Shown: positions 16,362 through 20,000 of the stretch, piece after piece | How the letters are laid out: every line of letters begins with the position of its first letter | Numbering within the stretch: position 1 is the stretch's first letter | Source of the DNA: an uncultured virus (IMG/VR IMGVR_UViG_3300043427_002950) | Lineage: Duplodnaviria; Heunggongvirae; Uroviricota; Caudoviricetes | DNA: 20,000 bases | Reading direction: 5' to 3' (one strand) | Virus record (IMG/VR): IMGVR_UViG_3300043427_002950 | Location: 107,877 to 127,876 of that record | Notes under the pieces: model-generated | Seen by the model: the letters and a program-made list of their open reading frames with translations, nothing else | Databases searched by the model: none | What the model was told of the DNA's origin: nothing | Program-made: the position numbers and the translations under genes

Positions 16362-16386
16362 TACTTCAGTTCAAACAACCACCCAC

Positions 16387-17505
16387 ATGATTGCCATGAC
16401 TCAAGACCAAATCATCGAAGATCTCAAGACCACCTACGGCACTGAGATCACTGCTGCTGATGTCCGTGCCTACTGTGCTATGAACGATGTCTCCTATCCC
16501 ACCATCACCCGTCGTCTTGAAGAGTACAAGACCACCCGCGGTCGTTGGAACCTGGAGATGACTATGCAACGTGTTCAAGAGATCGAACATGCCTATCAAT
16601 CTCCTTCTGTGATTCCTGCTGAAGACAGGCAGTGCATGATTCCTGACAAGGATGATTCCTTTGTTCCTTTCGGTAACTTTGCCGATCTCAAGAAGATTGT
16701 CAAGTCGGAGATCTTCTATCCTGTGTTCATCACTGGTCTCTCTGGTAACGGCAAGACCTTCAGTGTCGAGCAAGCATGTGCTCAACTGAAACGTGAACTG
16801 ATTCGTGTCAACATTACTATTGAAACTGATGAAGATGATCTTATCGGGGGTTTCCGCCTTCTCAATGGGGATACTGCTTGGCACAACGGTCCCGTCATTG
16901 AAGCACTGGAGCGAGGAGCAATCCTGCTTCTTGATGAAATTGACCTTGCCAGCAACAAAATCCTGTGCCTACAGTCCATTCTTGAAGGTAAAGGTGTCTT
17001 CCTGAAGAAGATTGGTCGTTATGTGAAACCTGCTCCTGGTTTCAACGTGATTGCCACTGCTAACACCAAAGGTAAGGGTTCTGATGATGGTCGTTTCATC
17101 GGCACCAACGTGCTCAACGAGGCATTCCTGGAACGGTTCCCTGTGACCATGGAGCAGTCCTATCCTGCCCCCTCTGTGGAGCAGAAGATCCTTGAAGGCA
17201 CTGCCCTGGACCTTGGGGTGGAAGACCGTGACTTCTGCAAACGACTCGTTGACTGGGCAGATAACATCCGTAAAACCTTCTTCGATGGTGGTGTGGATGA
17301 GATTATCAGCACCCGTCGTCTGGTTCACATCATCCGTGCCTATAGCATCTTTGGTAACAAGGAAAAAGCACTGAAGGCGTGCATCAACCGATTCGATGAT
17401 GAGACCAAGCAGATCTTCCTGCAGACCTATGACAAGTTCGATGCCGATTTCAACGTGAATGCTGAGGAATCGACTCCCGAACTGACTGTCGAATATACTT
17501 CCTGA
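16387..17505 (+). CDS. cobS: CobS-like MoxR-family AAA+ ATPase
   Basis: Walker A GLSGNGKT, DEDDLIGG, Walker B LLLDE, ATANTKG, NEAFLERF and ISTRRL. The start is ATG 16387 or 16396, because the ORF-track start at 16303 spans the promoter. Confidence 0.92.
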   Translation: MIAMTQDQIIEDLKTTYGTEITAADVRAYCAMNDVSYPTITRRLEEYKTTRGRWNLEMTMQRVQEIEHAYQSPSVIPAEDRQCMIPDKDDSFVPFGNFADLKKIVKSEIFYPVFITGLSGNGKTFSVEQACAQLKRELIRVNITIETDEDDLIGGFRLLNGDTAWHNGPVIEALERGAILLLDEIDLASNKILCLQSILEGKGVFLKKIGRYVKPAPGFNVIATANTKGKGSDDGRFIGTNVLNEAFLERFPVTMEQSYPAPSVEQKILEGTALDLGVEDRDFCKRLVDWADNIRKTFFDGGVDEIISTRRLVHIIRAYSIFGNKEKALKACINRFDDETKQIFLQTYDKFDADFNVNAEESTPELTVEYTS

Positions 17506-17562
17506 TACAACTCGGGAACTGTCCACCAGGCACTCTGCGGAGTGCCTTTTTGATGCTACAAT
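17505..17562 (+). promoter_or_regulatory. early promoter with degenerate palindrome (copy 5)
   Basis: ATACAACT-CGGG-AACTGTCC (17505-17524) and TACAAT (17557-17562) with extended TG. AAGGAG precedes ATG 17584. Confidence 0.65.
17528..17551 (+). terminator. intrinsic terminator after cobS
   Basis: AGGCACTC-TGCG-GAGTGCCT followed by TTTT. Confidence 0.85.
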
Positions 17563-17583
17563 GATCTCATCCGCAAAGGAGCA

Positions 17584-18024
17584 ATGACCAAAACCTACAC
17601 TCTCACGATCACTGAAAAGCAGGCATGGGCACTTCAAGAGGCAACTGACTTGCTTCAACGGGTTCAACTGGGACAGTGGAGGGAGATTGAAGACAATCTA
17701 CCTCTTAAGAAACCTGTTGACTATGAAGAACTTCGTAATGATCTTCAAATCATCGGAGCACTGCTATCCAAGCACATGATCAACAACATTGATGGATATG
17801 CCTCTTCACTTGGCATTGGCAATCAGAATCTTCCAGAGAGCAATGGGATTCTTTATGATCTTCATTGTGTGATTCGGCACAAACTCTCATGGGAACGTGC
17901 TGTAGAGCAGAATATCATTGAAAGTGAAGGTTCTGAAAGGAAATGGCCTGAAATGATTGGTGTGAATTATGATCCCCCGATGAAATGGGGCAATGAACCA
18001 CTTGCTAAAATGGAGAGAGTATGA
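17584..18024 (+). CDS. hypothetical protein (146 aa)
   Basis: ORF track with a good RBS. Confidence 0.85.
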   Translation: MTKTYTLTITEKQAWALQEATDLLQRVQLGQWREIEDNLPLKKPVDYEELRNDLQIIGALLSKHMINNIDGYASSLGIGNQNLPESNGILYDLHCVIRHKLSWERAVEQNIIESEGSERKWPEMIGVNYDPPMKWGNEPLAKMERV

Positions 18025-18206
18025 CACCAGTAAAGTTTGTATCAGTCATCCGTGTGATTGACCCCAAGACCCGCATTCATTACCTGGATGCTGTTGATGT
18101 AGATGGCATTCACTGGATGGCACAGATGGACCACAAGACAGAACCTTTCTTGTGCTTCATTAGAGAATGGAGAAAAGATCCCCAACAACCCAAAATTTAT
18201 GACTAA
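18021..18206 (+). CDS. hypothetical protein (61 aa)
   Basis: ATGA overlap. Contains RVIDPKTRIHYLDAVD. Confidence 0.8.
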   Translation: MTPVKFVSVIRVIDPKTRIHYLDAVDVDGIHWMAQMDHKTEPFLCFIREWRKDPQQPKIYD

Positions 18207-18363
18207 CAAACTACCACCAAAAGTAGGACACATTATCCGACTGGCAGAAATTATTCGTGAAGTGGATGGTTCTCATTCTCTTGGTGCTGCTGCTCTTGCC
18301 GAAGCAATCCTATCCCATAGTTGGGTTGAAGAAATGAAATTTACTTTGGATGATGAAGAATGA
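18199..18363 (+). CDS. hypothetical protein (54 aa)
   Basis: Likely start is ATG 18199. Contains LAEIIREVDGSHSLGAAALAEAILSH. Confidence 0.75.
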   Translation: MTNKLPPKVGHIIRLAEIIREVDGSHSLGAAALAEAILSHSWVEEMKFTLDDEE

Positions 18364-18587
18364 CTATTGCTGAATTGATTGAAGAACTCAAAGAGTATCC
18401 ACAAGATTTGAGAGTAGTTGTTCGTGGGTATGAAGGTGGAGTAGATGATGTTACTTATTTTGAAGAAATGGAAATTTATTTGAATTATAACACTTCTTGG
18501 TTTTATGGAAAACACGAAGAGGCAACTCCTTACGATATTCATAAAGGTTATGAAAAAGTTCCAGCACTTAAACTTTGTGGAGGATGA
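18360..18587 (+). CDS. hypothetical protein (75 aa, MTIAELIEELKEYPQDLRVVVRGYEGG)
   Basis: ORF track, with a common phage small-protein N-terminus. Confidence 0.8.
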   Translation: MTIAELIEELKEYPQDLRVVVRGYEGGVDDVTYFEEMEIYLNYNTSWFYGKHEEATPYDIHKGYEKVPALKLCGG

Positions 18588-18590
18588 AGA

Positions 18591-18767
18591 ATGATTGACG
18601 CACTTGAATCAGCATGGTATGAAGGAAAAATCCTTTGTGCCTTTGATACCCGTGAAGAATGTAAGGATTACATTAAAAAATACTATCCCAATATTGACCC
18701 CTTTGATGTTCAACTAAAAACACTTTATGTATGTGAATACAAACCTTCTGGATACTTTGACCGATGA
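18591..18767 (+). CDS. hypothetical protein (58 aa, MIDALESAWYEG...)
   Basis: Hand-translated, with GGAGG upstream. Confidence 0.7.
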   Translation: MIDALESAWYEGKILCAFDTREECKDYIKKYYPNIDPFDVQLKTLYVCEYKPSGYFDR

Positions 18768-18934
18768 AACATTATTTGCTAATTGCTGGATACCAGTATT
18801 ATCCTTCCCGTGGAACTGGTGATTGGGTTGGTTGCTATGAATATGAATCAGAAGCAATAGAAAAATGGAATGAAATTTCTAAATTTTATGACTGGTACGA
18901 CATTGTTGATTTGAGAGAGTGGATGAACCGATGA
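18764..18934 (+). CDS. hypothetical protein (56 aa, MKHYLLIAGYQYYPSRGTGDWVG...)
   Basis: Hand-translated, with ATGA overlaps at both ends. Confidence 0.75.
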   Translation: MKHYLLIAGYQYYPSRGTGDWVGCYEYESEAIEKWNEISKFYDWYDIVDLREWMNR

Positions 18935-19194
18935 AAATTTTCCAATACGATAAGAAATCTTGGTATGATGAAGAAACCTCCCACACCTGGCAGTTTGGTA
19001 TCTTCAAAAATCGCACATTTCTTTGGGTGAATTATGAAACTCCCAGTAGTTTAGTCCATAGTAATGGTGGATTACACATCCTACTCTCATTTTTCACTTC
19101 CTCTTCTCTGTTTGGAGCAGATTTCCAGGTTGGTGATGTTGGTTTGAGTTTCAACTTTTTCACAGAATACTTTGATGGGTGGGATGAAGAATGA
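18931..19194 (+). CDS. hypothetical protein (87 aa)
   Basis: ORF-track frame, with the start at the ATGA overlap at 18931. Confidence 0.75.
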   Translation: MKIFQYDKKSWYDEETSHTWQFGIFKNRTFLWVNYETPSSLVHSNGGLHILLSFFTSSSLFGADFQVGDVGLSFNFFTEYFDGWDEE

Positions 19195-19436
19195 CTGAAT
19201 TCTATGTGATTATGTTGAAGAGGCAGGATGGTAAGGTCTATGCTGATTTACATAAGACCAATCAGCACATTTACCTTACAATAGAAGATGCTGAAGACGA
19301 ATTCAATAATTCGGAACATTATAAACAATACTGCCACATCGTAAAACTTATTGCTTGTTTGGATGGGGAACTTAAAGAAATTAAAGATCAACTTGATTAT
19401 CTTGAATGGCGTGCTTACGGTGAGGATGAAGAATGA
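19191..19436 (+). CDS. hypothetical protein (81 aa)
   Basis: ORF track, bounded by junction repeats. Confidence 0.8.
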   Translation: MTEFYVIMLKRQDGKVYADLHKTNQHIYLTIEDAEDEFNNSEHYKQYCHIVKLIACLDGELKEIKDQLDYLEWRAYGEDEE

Positions 19437-19615
19437 CTGAAATACCAATAGGTTCTAAATGGAAACATAAGAACTCTAATGATGTTTATGTTGTAATAGA
19501 GCAGTATTCTCATAGAGTTGTTCTTCAACACGAACTTACTGGAACAAGTATCAAACTCACAGTAGGACATCTAAATCCAGATGGTTTTGCTGATTATGAA
19601 AGGATAGAAGAATGA
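19433..19615 (+). CDS. hypothetical protein (60 aa, possibly a small SH3-like beta barrel)
   Basis: Contains IGSKWKHKNSNDVYVV and is bounded by junction repeats. Confidence 0.75.
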   Translation: MTEIPIGSKWKHKNSNDVYVVIEQYSHRVVLQHELTGTSIKLTVGHLNPDGFADYERIEE

Positions 19616-19791
19616 CTGACACCTGGAAGAAGTGGAACATCTATACTTCAATCCATCTCTTTGAATATTGTGTGTATTCTTGGAGAAATCATATGTGGAA
19701 CCATCTTGATGGATATCCTAATGAAGAAAGAATGAGAAAGTTGTTCTGGTATTATCTAAACTACGGAAACACTAACACTTATTATGACTAA
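19612..19791 (+). CDS. hypothetical aromatic-rich protein (59 aa)
   Basis: Hand-translated as MTDTWKKWNIY... Confidence 0.7.
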   Translation: MTDTWKKWNIYTSIHLFEYCVYSWRNHMWNHLDGYPNEERMRKLFWYYLNYGNTNTYYD

Positions 19792-19930
19792 ATGCACTTT
19801 TGACCCAACAGCAGACATCTACAAAGATGCTCCTATTGGTATGTTTCACTGCCCTGAATGTGGTGAAATGGTACTTGCTGGTATGCCTCATCCTGATTGG
19901 GATGCTTTATTTGATGAGGATGAAGAATGA
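19784..19930 (+). CDS. small protein with CxxC motif (48 aa)
   Basis: Hand-translated as ...PIGMFHCPECGEMVLAGMPHPDW...DEE. Confidence 0.75.
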   Translation: MTKCTFDPTADIYKDAPIGMFHCPECGEMVLAGMPHPDWDALFDEDEE

Positions 19931-20000
19931 AACTCTACAATCGTCCTATGAACTTCTTTGAGAAAATCCAAGTTGGTTGGTGGTGGATTGGGGAAATCTT
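19927..20000 (+). CDS. hypothetical protein, 3'-truncated
   Basis: MKLYNRPMNFFEKIQVGWWWIGEI, open to the window end. Confidence 0.6.
   Translation, partial: MKLYNRPMNFFEKIQVGWWWIGEI

Larger units (their letters stand above)
18352..19930 (+). repeat. dispersed gene-junction repeat GATGAAGAATGA (5 exact copies plus 1 variant)
   Basis: Exact at 18352, 18583, 19183, 19425 and 19919. Variant GGATAGAAGAATGA at 19602. Each contains the start codon of the next gene. Confidence 0.85.

Noticed and set aside
16303..16386. N-terminal extension of cobS in the ORF track
   Set aside because: It spans the palindrome and promoter, so ATG 16387 or 16396 is more plausible.
16969..17667. 232-aa minus-strand ORF and other minus-strand ORFs
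   Set aside because: They overlap better + strand genes, and every promoter and terminator found points +.
18352..19930. Junction repeats as a CRISPR array or integron attC sites
   Set aside because: The repeat is only 12 nt and not palindromic, spacing is irregular, the intervening DNA is coding, and no cas or integrase gene is present.

Overview
This window looks like a T4-like cyanophage (Kyanoviridae-like myovirus) segment. The assignment is inferred from T4 late promoters (TATAAATA), the cyanophage-type peptidase-VWA plus CobS-like AAA+ gene pair, and densely packed small ORFs with ATGA overlaps. All credible genes are on the + strand. In order, it holds: a 5'-truncated Rnl2/DRB0094-type RNA-ligase homolog with apparently substituted catalytic residues; a glycosyltransferase-like gene; small early genes behind sigma70-like promoters; a late unit of three basic proteins with capsid-targeting-like motifs plus two AT-rich PD-(D/E)xK-like genes; more small genes and a sulfotransferase; a small basic ORF that runs through a terminator with no stop codon; the HExxH/VWA and cobS pair; and an array of mini-genes joined by a repeated GATGAAGAATGA. 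An 8-4-8 palindrome recurs five times at near-constant distance from -10 boxes. I saw no tRNA, rRNA, CRISPR array or IS element. Family calls come from motif recognition by eye, with no database search.
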